The notes beneath the pieces are model-generated. The model saw nothing but the letters and a program-made list of their open reading frames with translations. It ran no database searches and was not told the DNA's origin. A stretch of 34,695 nt of DNA, from assembly GCA_013115125.1 (NCBI GenBank), contig JABANN010000369.1:1-34695 (forward strand). The letters are read 5' to 3'. The position numbers and the translations under genes are program-made. This DNA comes from Perkinsus olseni (Eukaryota). Of this stretch, positions 1-12,522 are shown in pieces. Within the stretch, counting starts at the first letter, position 1. Each line of letters opens with the position of its first letter.

Positions 1-1
1 G

Positions 2-72
<71 letters not shown>
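1..72. repeat. (GTT)n microsatellite, at least 24 units, intronic in the HECT gene
   Basis: Perfect GTT repeat from the window edge to 72, followed by the ACCAG splice acceptor (AG at 76-77). Confidence 0.98.
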
Positions 73-77
73 ACCAG

Positions 78-880
78 GTGGTTCTGGGATGCTTTACTCT
101 CTCCTGGATGCACAGAGGATGATAAGTCTAGGCTGCTGTTGTTTATCACAGGCGAGAAGGAGCTGAGTATGTTTTGGCTTAGTCGTGGTGTGGATCAGGT
201 AGCAGTAGAGCTCCTCCCAATGGTTTAAACTCCGTCGAGTCTCGCATAACGATTTCTCGGATGGGGCCAGATTCAGACCGTCTTCCACAGGTGAGCCTTT
301 CCTCTGTCCGGGCGAGGTCTTGATGATGTTGCGATGGCCATCGATTTCTCGTATCTTTCCTTAGCGGTTTGTGACTCGTGTATATCGCGGAACTCGCGTC
401 AATTTACTTGCCAAATTGAACTCGGAGGACTCCTGCTTTGTTCCCATAGGGCGCCTCTGACTTTCTGATGACTTGGCGATTGCTCGTTGCGGTTTTCTGG
501 AGGCAAAAGGGGAGGTGTTTCCTATGCATCATATCCTCAAAAGTTTGCGTGCCGGAGTCTCCGCAAATGTTCGGGTCGCCAAAAATTCCTCGATTGCCGA
601 GAGGCAGAAATCTTCACTGCTCGTGTTTCCTGGAAGACGTGCTGAAACCCAACGAGTTCACAGTCAAACTAGGACGGGAAGCAGTGGGACGCCTTTGACT
701 GTCCCCACGGTTAGCTTTCGGAAAATGCTCTGGAAAAGTGTCCTAGGAGCTTAGCCCTTCTATGCCCAGGCCCACACGTGCTTCAATCATCTCCTACTAC
801 CAGAGTATTCATCAGCAGAGAAGCTCCGCAAGATGATAAGATTGGCCATCGAGAACTGTACCGGTTTCGGCCTCATATGA
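78..880 (+). CDS. HECT-domain E3 ubiquitin ligase, last three exons (78-151, 199-290, 770-880); 5' part outside window
   Basis: Spliced translation [91 protein letters not shown] is a HECT C-lobe with the catalytic AHTCFN cysteine and terminal GFGL. Intron 152-198 is GC-AG, intron 291-769 is GT-AG. Not in the ORF track. Confidence 0.95.
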
Positions 881-1087
881 GGTTTTGTGACAATGTGTGT
901 AACTCATAAACTCTTTTGTGTCAATATGACGGTATCGCTTTCGACCATCCTCGGCGTTGTGCTCTTCAACATCGGTCAGGACAGCGAGTCTGCAGCCTGG
1001 GTTGCTGCGTGCCACTTTGACTCCTGCTGGCCCGGCGGGGAGTGTCTGCCGACTGGCTCATCTTTGTAGGCCTTCCTGTGTTTTGTG

Positions 1088-2513
1088 ATGGCCAGCCGCG
1101 ACCTGACTTGTGTATTTTTACGAGAACGCGAACAGCAACAAGCGGAGTTCAATCTAGAGAGGCAGCGGATCTTCCGCCATGCAGTAGGTATGTCACCCTC
1201 GCTCGCTGAACAGCTCAACCCGCCCTGTCATCGCGAGAAACTGGCCGGAAAGTCCACTGAGGATGAGACAACAGGTACGGGAATTCGCTCTCTTCAGGCC
1301 GTACGAGGTGATTCCGGAGAGATAGCATCTCTAGCCAACCGTGAAGCTGCGCATGCAGCAACGTCCATAAGGAAAGCCTCGACGTCTGCTTGCGAGGAGT
1401 GCGGAGGTGAGCCTCCTTCACTCGGATACCTGGTCAGCTTTGGAGTAGTCGTTCTCCTCAGCGCCGCTGTCCCGCTCTTTTCTCGGCCCTTCCCCCAAAG
1501 TGTGCTACCTCTGCCACCGAGTCCTCTGCGCCAAATGCCGCTCGTTTAGCGCACGCCCAACCTTTGTTGTGTGCCGAGGAGACTCCCTAGGCGAGATCTG
1601 TAAATTATGTGAAGGTTGCGCAATGTGAGTACACCTTGGGATTCAGCAGGATATCAGAAGCTGTGGGGAGTTTTATTGCCGTGCGATCGTCGTAGGGGCT
1701 TCGCTAACACTGCCATGTCTTAGCCTGAACTCTCACATCTGAAGTTTACTCGGTGCATTGGTTGTCCCCATCAGGGTGAAATCACTGCGAGTAGAATCAT
1801 GACTGAGCATCCTGTGTTTTTGCAGGCTTGTGAGACTTCTGCAGTACCATCACAATCCTCTTGGCGGACTACCGTCCGAGCGCCTCAGGATGATGCGGCT
1901 TCATAGCGAAGGTTACAGAGCCATCACGGAGTTCGACAGCTCAATGAGGAATTATGAAGGCCTTGCTCGGTGAGATTGGCCCACGACCAGTCGATTCCGT
2001 CGACTCTCTGGCTACATGACCGAGTGGCATCCAGCACCGCAGCATAACGGCCCCTTGTATCAGGCTTGTCAGTCAACTGGGCTCCACTCCGCCCGAGATC
2101 GCGATGGAAGTAGCACCCTTGGAGGAAGCCGTGAACCAGCGTCTGCGGGTGAATCCTGCAACGTTTCTATTGGCCCGCATGCTTTTCTTAGGCCCTCGTG
2201 GAGTTGCAACGTCAAGCAGCAGCGGTTAAGTCAAGTGAGTGGCTGCTCATCGTCCTCTCTCGCTGGACATGGATGCCCCCTTCAGCGTCGTCGGTGCAGC
2301 TGATATTACTTGTACGTGTCTTCAGCTCATACAGCAGACACCACCGTGCAAGCTGGCCTTCTTCGATGGCTACGGAACACCATCACTGAGGGCAAGTTTC
2401 AGATAGCGGTTGCTCGGAAAGTGAGGCTTCCAGGCCATACGCAAGCTACCCTGGATTTTCTCAGATGCTGCACGCTAAGGAGGCCTAGTCGAGGCGAGCT
2501 CGTCATTGCATGA
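1088..2513 (+). CDS. Hypothetical multi-exon protein
   Basis: Open frame from ATG 1088 (MASRDLTCVFLREREQQQAEF...) and exon-like segments bounded by AG/GT (e.g. about 1826-1969, LVRLLQYHHNPLGGLPSERLRMMR...). No recognisable domain; boundaries approximate. Confidence 0.45.
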
Positions 2514-2673
2514 ACATTTATTTTCCGTACAATTATTCTACAATGTTTTTACTCGAACCGAAGTATGTGTCGCGTCCATGTCAATAAGAGGGTGTCCGCT
2601 AGGTCGTCATCGGCACTTTCGGAGCCTTCACAGGTGGTCAAGTTGGCAGAACACTGCCCCCTAGTCGGTCTGC

Positions 2674-4898
2674 ATGTCGCCCAAGCGTAACCGATCTCGC
2701 AGCCGTTCTGTGGGTCCGCGGAAACGTGCGAAGGGGAAGTCCCGAGAGAGTCTCGAGGGGACTCTATCGACTAACGAATGGATGGGAATACAGGTCGGCC
2801 TGACCGCCATTGCCACCGCGGCTCCACTTGGGTTTTGCCTCAGACCGCGCTCCGACGTCGTCTGATGAGCCATGAAACGCAGCGGATCTGCAGACTAGGC
2901 AAATGCTTTGGCTTCTTTGGTTTGCGAAGTCGTCTCCGTCGACAGGCCCATGCAAGAATGGCAATGGTGCTCGAGAGGCTGCGGAGGCTCTGTTGAAGCT
3001 ATTAATACAGTCAGCTGATCTTGAAGAATCTGTCAGCGCAGTGCTTATAGGCCCTGAGGGTAGGCTCGGCCCTCGACCAGCATGTCTTGAGGTGTCCTCC
3101 ATGTTCATTCGGTCAGGGTGTGGTAAGAGCGCCGCCCTGGCCGCAGCGGTAGAGGAGTTGAGAGAGCAGAAGCCCGACCTCAAGGTGAGGGGCCACACTC
3201 GGTCTTTATGACCTCATCCCAGATGCGTCTATTATTTATACCGACCACGCCTCGGATCATGCAGCTTTGTTGGTCGGATGTTCTGATCGGAAGTTCTGTT
3301 TTTAATTCACGTTCCACCAGGTCATAGTCGTCCACGCCAAAGGCTCGCTTTCATCCTCGAACGACACCGCCGTCTTGAGAGATCTCCACCTCAAACTAGT
3401 GCATGAGATACAGGGCAGGGAGGCATCCCTAGGGCTTAGCAGTACGGCTCCTAATCGGCAAGGATGGACCTTCGCTGACTACATGGCAAAGGTGACCTCT
3501 CCCCCTGCATTCGACTCGCCACAGCCACGCCATCAGGTCGAGAGTCTTCTCAAGGAAAGCACTGGTGAATTAAACTGCATGGTCGTTGTGGCTGTGGACA
3601 GGTTCCACGCCTTCTGCCATACCGCTGCTAAGCAGACCCTCTTGTGCGTCCTTTCGGCAGCGCCACCACATTGTATCGCCGTCTGACGCAGGTATAACCT
3701 ATTTGATGTCATGCAGCGGCCAGGCGTCCGACTGGCGTGCGTTGGGATGACTAACAGAGACGATGTCACCTTCATGCTGGAGAAGCGGATCAAATCACGA
3801 TTCCAATTGAGAATGTGAGAATGTGCAACGGAAGAGCAGGGCAGCTGTAGCAGAACAACTTTCGGCTATTGGAATGCTCTTGCTGGCGTGATTCGTTACT
3901 GAGGTATCCCCCTCTGACGAATAGTGAGATCGCCACTACACGCCGACGGGATGTGCAGCTTCGTGTTGTCAGAATACAAGTGCATCCTCCACCGACGATA
4001 GACGAGACTCGAGTGGCTCTTCTTGCGCAGTTCTCGATGGAGACGGGGACCGAGCCGCTGGTAGCCCCGTGTCTGCTCTGAAGGATTCTCAGTGCCTTCG
4101 CTAGTCTCAGAAATACAATGCATGGCTGAAGGAGTCACTCGAAACCGAAGCCGCCACCAAGTTCCTCCGTCAACGAGTGGACAGAGCGGTGAGCATGAAG
4201 GAAGTATGGGACGCCGAGCTGGCATCCGAAGGCTAACCGGTCTCTTTCAGTTCGTATTGGACCTGCTCGACCGCTTGTCCAAGCCGCCCTCAAACCGACT
4301 TCTGACTTTTCCGTCGGTGTCGACCGTTGACGGCTTCTCAGACATGCTCCTGTCGGGTGAGGAGGGGCTTCTACTGTCTGTCACTCGGCCTCGTCGCGTG
4401 CAGGAGGGTTCGTGATGGTGAGTCGCGTTTCAGGTTCGGAGCAGCTAGTGCTACTCGGCCTAGCGCGGCTTCATGTGAAGTCCTTTACTCCGAAGAACTT
4501 CGAGTCGATCCAGCAGGAACTCTCCTTGTTCGATAAGAGGCGACTCGAAGTCTACGGCCGTGGGATGTATCTTCAAGCCTTCAAGAATCTGAGAACACTC
4601 GGTCTTATCCAGGTAGGTCCCGCTAATGCTTTTAAGGCCACTCAGGACATTCCCAAAGGTGTTCGATGCCACCACAGCATGCGCAAGTGGAGATCTCAGG
4701 ACTATGCCCCTTAGTTGCCTGCCTTGCCGTTGTTGTCACTCTCTGAACACAATACTAGAATCTGGTAAGTTGCACAGTCGCTTGAAACAATTGCAACAGT
4801 CATAAGCGGACTCGGTTCATACAGGTATCATCCACGAGCGCTTTAAAGGATGGGCTACGGAAAGCATCATACAGAAGCAGGTGGAAGGGCTCATCTAG
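2674..4898 (+). CDS. ORC4: Origin recognition complex subunit 4 (AAA+), multi-exon
   Basis: Walker A SAVLIGPEG|CGKS split by an intron, then the ORC4 hallmarks KQTLLYNLFD and VGMTNRDDVTFMLEKRIKSRF (arginine finger), and a winged-helix-like AFKNLRTLGLI. Start and last exon approximate. Confidence 0.88.
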
Positions 4899-5106
4899 GC
4901 ATGGTTCACTAAGTGCACGAGAGCCTTCATCAAAGACAGTGCGATGTTGAGTTGCTTCAGTATCTTTCGATCGGTCTGGCTCATGAGAGAAACCCAAATG
5001 GGAAGGTTCAGCTCGCCTCTGCAAGAATGCAGGGTTCGGCTGAAGGCGGCTCGTTGCAGCTGTCTCCGAATAAACTCCCGATAAGTGACTTCCAACAACG
5101 CGACAC

Positions 5107-7931
5107 TCATACCTTCGAAACCTCTAGGACTGCATTTTGTTACATATGCTTCACTTTCTCATGTCCTGGATAGCGACGCTTGTGCCAATAAAGGCGAAAA
5201 CAATGCCAATGAGCATGACGCTCCAGGCTTTCAAACATTTCAGTGTCATACGGTTACCTGAAAGCCATCCCAGCAGACTAGGACCGGCACTTTTGGGCGC
5301 TACCTGTGACTAAACAGATATAAAAATAAGAAGGCAGAATGTAACATGTGAGTGCGCCGCTGGTACTCCCCACGAGTTCGAACACTTGTGCCATTGAGGG
5401 TGCTAATATGGCACAACCGAGTGACAGAAGCACCTAAGAAAAGGAAACGATCAAGTTTGTCAAGTAGACAAGTGCAAGGTGTCCTACTGTTATTGCAGTA
5501 AGCAATGTCACCACAGCACGGCTTGCACGACCACTGTCGTCAGAGTCAAACCGAGACGCGTACAAAACCTGCAATGATAGTATCCGTTTGTGAACTCCGC
5601 AGATGTACACGGACGGCCAACGGCCACTTACCAGCAGAGCGGACTCTAAACCGAAACGGGCGGGAAAGATACAGAGGGGATAGGCAGCCACAATCGCAAT
5701 GGCCATTCCTGAGAAAATTGAAGTAGCCAGGAGCCAAATTGAGTCGAAAATGAGATCAAGCCGAGTTGCAATCGCACTCACCTATGAAGGCCAGGGTTAC
5801 ATCGAAGCTATCCTTGAACAGCGAGTTGTAATTGTAGAGTATGTTATCCCTTGTGTCGAAGCCCCAAGTATAGACACCAGCGAACCCCACCCCGAAGTAG
5901 ACTGTGAGACATATGAGGACCGCCCAGAAAGCCACAGATCGCATCCTGGTCGCCTGAGGGGATTCTATGGCACTGAGCCCCAGAGGCTGTTTTCTGGTAC
6001 CCGGCAGCGCCTCTTCGTTTCGGACTCCTTCAACTCCGCGTATATTGCAGGGACGTTAGGCTGGCAGGCGAAGGCGAAGGTAACCAATGACATCGTGCGG
6101 ACCACCTGTGTGAGAATACTGATCGACGCGCCTCGTGCCTTGCGATAGGCTAAAGTGATGAGGCCTCAAAAGCTTACCCCATGCCAACCGTAAGACGGCA
6201 GTAGCGGCAGCATGGTGTCCCTTGTCTGGTGTCCGCCCATGAATGCTTCAAATATGATGACGAAGACTAGTAAAAAGACGGACATCACCCCTGACAAAGA
6301 GACCATGACCAGGGGGATCGCGGAGAAAGTGAATGAGGAGTGGTCGCTGCCCAAAAGCTCACCGACGAGGCTGGGTATCCGGAGCTCGTTGACTTTCTCC
6401 GCTAAGCAGAGAGGGTAAAGTATGACTAGCACCAGTATGCAGAGCATAAGATCAGTGCCCGAGGAACTTTGGGCGCCCTCGGCCGTCGCAGGCAGTGGGA
6501 AGGAGAGTAGTGCGCACCCAATCGTATACCCTAAACAATGAATGCCAGACCAGGCGTTAGCTCGTAATGAAGACGGGACTATCGAACCCTCAGAGCCCAC
6601 CTATTTGGCCGAGGGTGATGAGATACCCGACAGCGGTTCCGAAACAGAAGGTTATAACGCTGAGAATAGCGAGTAGGGCCAACCTGATACACACGATCGG
6701 ACATATGTAACCTCTGGCTATGGTACCTTCGACCCCGAGCTGGGTTAGGGCTGCAACTGAAGGCCAGCTTCTCGAAGGTCTGGCATCTTGACACGTCCAT
6801 ACAGTCCTAAAAGACAGGGGATACCTCACAGGCTTGAAGGGCACCAGAAGGTTTACCTGGATGTATCCGATTGTCGTGTCCGAAAGGAAGCCACAGATGA
6901 GCAGACAGAGGGAGGCGACGAGATAGCCGGAGTTACGGAAGGCGTAGGGCAAGGACAGAGCTCCTGCGCCCAGGGTGGCCGTGGTGAGATTGAAGACAGA
7001 TGACCTGAGGCAGGCACCCCCGCCGTCCGACTGAAGAGGAACTCGAAAGTGCGTTTGATAGACGGACATCTAGCGACGGGTACTCCGTTAGATGTTGTAT
7101 ATATCGGGCCAGAGGATACATTCTCCACTCAGGAATGGGGCTGATGGCCTCCCTTCTAGAGGCCGCGCAGACCGGTATACCTTATCCCTCCGGCTTCCAT
7201 AAACTTCTTCCTCCTCGGTACCACAACTGCACCAGCACTCGCGGCTTCCGGTTGGACGCCGGTACTCTGCCGAAAGTCAAGATGAGCAAGAGCGTATCTC
7301 TCAGGCACTAACCTGCGCGTCATCTTCGATGACCATCCGGATTTCGGGAAGATGACTCTTCTCAAGATGCTCCTCGACGCGGTCCACGAAGCCTCTATTG
7401 CCACCTGTGGGTCGGATGAACGCAATAACAACGTAGTAAGAAGCACACCTTCTGTGCCTTCCACGGGACTCCACCACATCCACTCACCAGGATTCTTGAG
7501 AACAGGGTCAACCTAGAGACAACTGTTGGGCTCCATTACGAGCGGGAATAGCTCAGAGTACTGTGGCACAGTATTCAATACCAGTCAAGTGGATTCGAGA
7601 TGATAGTCGCTGACGGTGGCGCGTCAGACAACCTTGTCGTACCACTCGACCGAATCATGGCACTACGCTGAGGACTCGACTGCCGTAACAAACCAAGCCT
7701 CACGTTGGTCGGATCCGCCGTATAAGCACGGACGCGTTCGGCCACGCCTCTCGTCACTGGAGACCCCAGAAGTTCGGAGTCGGAAAACTGGCGCCTGAGA
7801 GTGCATCCAGCTGGTACACTAGTCAATGCGAGTCGAGGCTGCTGTGCTCACCTCAGGACGCTGTTCGGGTAGAAGAGCGGCCCCATATCGGGGACGTATC
7901 CCCATACACGGACGAGATGGTGCGTTCTCAT
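5107..7931 (-). CDS. Amino acid transporter, AAAP/SLC38 (Aa_trans) family, multi-exon
   Basis: SSVFNLTTATLGAGALSLPYAFRNSG (family TM1 motif), LCILVLVILYPLCLAEKVNELR, IVAAYPLCIFPAR and many hydrophobic helices after a long hydrophilic N-terminus. The 3' end lies between 4895 and about 5107. Confidence 0.9.
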
Positions 7932-8368
7932 AGCGGAGGCTATCGATGCTATCCTGCGTAGTTCAGTGTTCTGAACGTCTCCGGGAGAGGGCGAGGGACT
8001 CTCTGAGAAAAGTAAGGCTCCGAGCTCATGTCCACAGCCAAGGGCAGAAGAAGTCAACCACGAAAAGAACATCGAGGACCACGATGAATAGCGTCCTACG
8101 CTCTTGAGCACGAGGGACGCTCAATCGACGCGGGGTTAGTAATGACCGTACGAGGTCACTCGGGCCCTCATGCTGCTGCGACATCCGTGAAGATATCAAC
8201 CAGACTGAGGAGAAGGCGACTAGCGTTCGAGGTGAAACGAGAAATAGTTGCATGATGAGGCAGCAGAGGCTGGTGTTTGCTGCCTGTTCAAATGCAAGCC
8301 GGACAGGATTACGCAGAGCAAACGAAATACGAAAGTGAGACATCTCAGCTATAAACGACCGGAGTGGA

Positions 8369-11164
8369 TCAGGTAGAATCTCGAGATGGATTCGGCCTCA
8401 ATGGTTCACTATGTGGGTGCCGTGGGATTGGGAACTCGGAACGAAAAGCAGAGCCATTGTGATATTGAGACTCATCAATCATTGTCATCATGCTCATGAT
8501 GGGTTTGGCCTCTTCGGTAGAAGTTACCAATGGTAGCAACAGTCTTTCGCTGGACATGGTTATTCGGCCGACTCGCCAACAGGTGGGCTGGTATGCTGTC
8601 GATCATAGCCAGCTCAGCCTTAGTGAACTCTACTCTACCTGAGAGGACGAGAGAACACTATAGGAGGCAGTTCACCGGCTATGCAAGGAAAGAGGCGAAG
8701 GCGACAACGGAAGTCGACCTTTCTTGTGCGCCACACGACGCATCGTTATGTACAACCTGTCCACACTGTCAGCCGCCGTCCTCAGCAAGTGCACCTACAC
8801 CACTGGAGGCGCACCTCGATCACAGAGGGCGCCGCTACCTGTCTCTCGGCACTGGTTAGATGTACGCGTTCGAACCGCGGCACAGCTGCTTGGAGCGCCA
8901 CCGATATTGGTATGAGGTCCCGGCCCCGAGCATCCCCTTTCAACAGCTGGCACCTGCACGATTGCCCCTGGCGTGGAAACTCAAGAGACCCCAACGACCT
9001 CTTCAGAAATTCATCTGCATCGATGCCGTCTTTCGTCCCCTGAGCCTCGTCCATGAGAGTAAACAGATCCACCATATCCTGGAGGAGGGTTCACCGTCTA
9101 GGACCCGGGCTTCCTAGTACTGTGCCAACAACGTCGATTTGCCTCAGCAGCCTCCGGACTTTCGGATCCTTCAACGACGCTCGCATCTCCTCTCGCTCAA
9201 TGGTCTGCCATTCTAGTCACAGGTTGGGTAGGACGGCGACACCCACCCCAGAACCATCCTTATCGGCGGCGAGGAATATGGCCTTCAGCGCTTCCACCTG
9301 AGGTACCACGCATCAAAGTCGGTGTCCTTCAGCCAGCTCCCCCCAGCCTGATCCCCCTATCACAGCACTAGTCGCAGTTCACAGGTACTATTGGTACAGA
9401 TCTTCCCAAGAGAAGCTTATGAAGCGACCACGGCCATTCGGACTCACAATTCGGGCATTCTCCTTCTCTCTGATCTTGAGGGCATGGACCTCGTTGTCTC
9501 TGGCGCACACCTAGCACGTTCAAAATGCATGACGCAACGCTCTCCCACTCGCTGGGCATCTCAGCTCAGGAAGGCCAACAAAGCGGATAAGAGGCTGGGA
9601 GCTCTGCGGCGAAATAGCAAATAACATGAGTCCGAAGACGATATATTCCATGCTTGGTGATCAGCTGGCGAAGCTCTATTCTCTCAGGGACTACGATAAT
9701 CGTAGTACGATTCACTACCAAAACCAGCACCACTCAGCATGAGAGGTAGTGTAGATTTACAACGTGAATGAGCTTCTGAGTCATGCCAGTGATTCTACTT
9801 TCGTCACATGGGACCGGCGCGTTCAGATTTAGTATCCTTGCGTTTCGAGCCCCGAACCGACAACCTGTTTTCAAATCCGTAGCCCGACCCACACGGAATC
9901 GAGGTGAGTACTACATTCCCCGTTAAATACGATGGTCCGCTTCTCGCACCCAAACGTGGACTTTGATGGCAATCGGATTTTTAGTTGAGCGCGATGAAAC
10001 CTTCCCTAATTCCCCAGACTAACCTGAGCACTCTCACACATAGCTCCCAGTAGTTGTTGCATGATGGTGAAGGAGGTGAGCATTATGAAGAGGATGAACA
10101 TGAGAGCATATCCCAGGGCCTTCACACCGCTGCTCTGCATCACCAAGGGGCGAGCGACGTTACTGGACCAATCGTCCAGAGTAACCACCTGACCTCAGAG
10201 TTTCATTCACTTGAGCTGCTTTATGTGATGACCTCTCAAAAGGCACTCACTTGGAAGAGTGTGAAGCTTGATCTCCAAACAGACCCCCAGTATGTGTACC
10301 CATCCCAACCCCATTCGTTGTAATACTCGATACCCTCCCTCGGCACAAGGGCGGCGAACACGACTCCGAAAACATAAAGCAGCATGAGTAGCAACCCGGC
10401 CACCCAAACAGTCGCTCGAGCTGACTCTTGCATGCCGTTAACGATGATCCACAGCTCTCGAAAGGCTGGTCCGATGGATACCACTTGCATGAGTCTGAGA
10501 ACGCGCAGGGCCCTCAGCACCGCTAGGGTCTTCAACGACGCTGCGGAGACGAGTATATCGACCCATTGGAGTGTGACAAGGAGAAGGTCGAACTTGGACC
10601 AGTTATCTCTTATGTAACTTCGCCAGTCCTCTGCATAAACCCTCAAGGCGATCTCGATGGTGAAGCAGGTGGCAAACATGGTCTCGAGTATAACCCATAT
10701 TCGAGCACCAGGGTCATCACTGTCGGCGCCGAGACCAATGGTAACAGCATAAGCAGCGATTAGCAACCCTACGGTGACCTTGAACCTCATGCTCTTCACG
10801 ATACGCTTACGATTGCGCTTAGAGGTCTAAAACCGCAGGAACCCATGCCCCATGCATTGGCCGCTCATCGTCTTCACACCTTCTGCGCGATCGCATCCGA
10901 GGCTCGAGAATTGTCTGGTTCGTTGGCTTGTCTCGAAGATTCTTGTGTGGATGAACGCTCGGCCGAGCCAGCGGTCGACGGAGGGGTCCCGCTACTCATT
11001 ACGAAAAGCGGAACATAACTTTGACATTGCGTCCAACGAGCGCCCAACACAAACGGGAGTTCTGTGACGTGAGCTCCTCGCCGCCGCCCAACGATGAATA
11101 ATACCGGGATGTAGGACCCTCCAAGAGCATTGAATAGGTCACTCGACCACGGGGACGTGTTCAT
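8369..11164 (-). CDS. Single-domain (6TM) voltage-gated cation channel with C-terminal EF-hands (CatSper/EukCat/BacNav-like)
   Basis: S2 FTIEIALR, S3 WSKFDLLLV, S4 LRALRVLRL, linker FRELWIIVNG, pore FTLFQ|VVTLDDWS, S6, then EF-hand-like IFLAADKDGSG..TIEREEM and LFTLMDEAQGTKDGIDADEF. Only one channel domain is seen; ends approximate. Confidence 0.88.
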
Positions 11165-11297
11165 AACGTTCTCATGTCCTTCGGTATCTTGCGTTCTCGG
11201 CAGGACTTGCGCGGCGGCGCGCAAGTATTGAATACAACACATGGCGCAATCGTGTTGTTGTTACCGACTGGTTTGGCGTCGGAGGTTATTATTAGTA

Positions 11298-12305
11298 ATG
11301 GGTAAGCCTAAAACAAGGGCTAACCATGCCGCTGCTCGAGAGAAGAGGGAAGAGAAACGCGCTAGGAAAGCGGAGGCTAGGCAGAAGAACGCCCAGGAGG
11401 TACCTCTAGGACAATTTTCCCGAGGATTGGGCCCCTCTTGCGAATGTTCATGTTTTTGAACGAACTCATGCCCGCAAGGACCGCCGGCGGATGAGCGTTG
11501 GATGTATGTCAGATTACCGATAGTATCAAGAGGCAGTATAGCGATGCGGAGAGGTCTTATATCAGCATGACCGAGCAGGTGGAAAAGTAAGATACTATAT
11601 TTAGAGTCCACAGTGACTAGAGACCTCACGGCGCAGTGACAACAAAACGTCCCGTGTCTCGATACCCGTTGGTACTCTGTAGCGTTTGCGAAAGGGGTCT
11701 TCAGGTTGAGCGCCCGCATCATGTACGAGATGCGAGAGAGGAGGCTAGCGGAACTTTCCCAGAAGCACCTGGCCGAGTTTCAGGAAATCGATGATGAAAC
11801 ATCAACAACCGTGGGCTACGCTCCGTGACTGTCATCGCGAACGCAGGAGCAGCCCGTTCGGACTCCCATGGGAACGCTGTGGTGGTCTCAGAGCCTATCA
11901 TCGATCGGCGGCGTCAATCGCGTGCGATTCTTTCGACCCAGCGGCCGGATGTTTGTCATCAGCGACAGAAAAGAGATGCTCGATTCGGCCGAGACTGTGA
12001 TTCGCGACTGTGAGGAGTTGATACCGAAGCTCAAGGGGATCCATCAGAGGTTCACTGAGAAACAGAATGAAGTCGGGATCTCGGCAGAGGCGAGACTGTG
12101 CATCGGTATTCTCCGTAGGCGAAGCGCAACGTCGAGGACATACTCGAGATGGTCGAAAAACTCGGAGGCCGCGCTGTTCAGAAGAGTGCTTCACTGGCAA
12201 CTTGATGAACTAGCGGAAGTCGGAAAGCGCATGTGCCCAGTTGCCGCTTGGTATCTCGTTTCTACGGCTGTTGTGTTGTCGCACGTGACATCTTCAAAGC
12301 TGTGA
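11298..12305 (+). CDS. Hypothetical charged/coiled-coil protein, multi-exon
   Basis: MGKPKTRANHAAAREKREEKRARKAE... followed by exon-like segments (ITDSIKRQYSDAERSY; LSARIMYEMRERRLAELSQKH; KEMLDSAETVIRDCEELIPKLK). No family recognised. Confidence 0.55.
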
Positions 12306-12450
12306 GTTATGATCCACATACCCTATACGACTTCGTATCTCGTGGTGACATGGATAACTCTTGAAATGAATGGAACTATGAGATCGAGCGACAGGGTAAT
12401 CGGTGAAATATTCTCATGTGCTCGGGCATATACTAATCTACTTAGTGTGA

Positions 12451-12522
12451 GGCCCTGTGGCGCAACGGTAGCGCATCTGACTCCAGATCAGAAGGTTGTC
12501 CGTTCGAATCGGGCCGGGGTCA
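12451..12522 (+). tRNA. trnW: tRNA-Trp (CCA)
   Basis: GGCCCTG/CGGGGTC acceptor stem, anticodon arm TCTGA-CTCCAGA-TCAGA, T arm GTCCG-TTCGAAT-CGGGC. Confidence 0.96.

Noticed and set aside
321-468. TGATGA...CTGA as a possible C/D box snoRNA in the long HECT intron
   Set aside because: No terminal stem or recognisable rRNA guide; boxes this short arise by chance.
2862-2892. CTGATGA-GCCAT-GAAA resembling a hammerhead ribozyme core
   Set aside because: Stem II is essentially absent and no NUH cleavage triplet closes stem III (CGC-A-GCG is followed by G).
12476-12492. Possible shortened anticodon stem in tRNA-Trp (UGA-readthrough type)
   Set aside because: The stem is a full 5 bp (TCTGA/TCAGA), and confidently modelled genes here end in TGA, TAG and TAA, so there is no sign of stop-codon reassignment.
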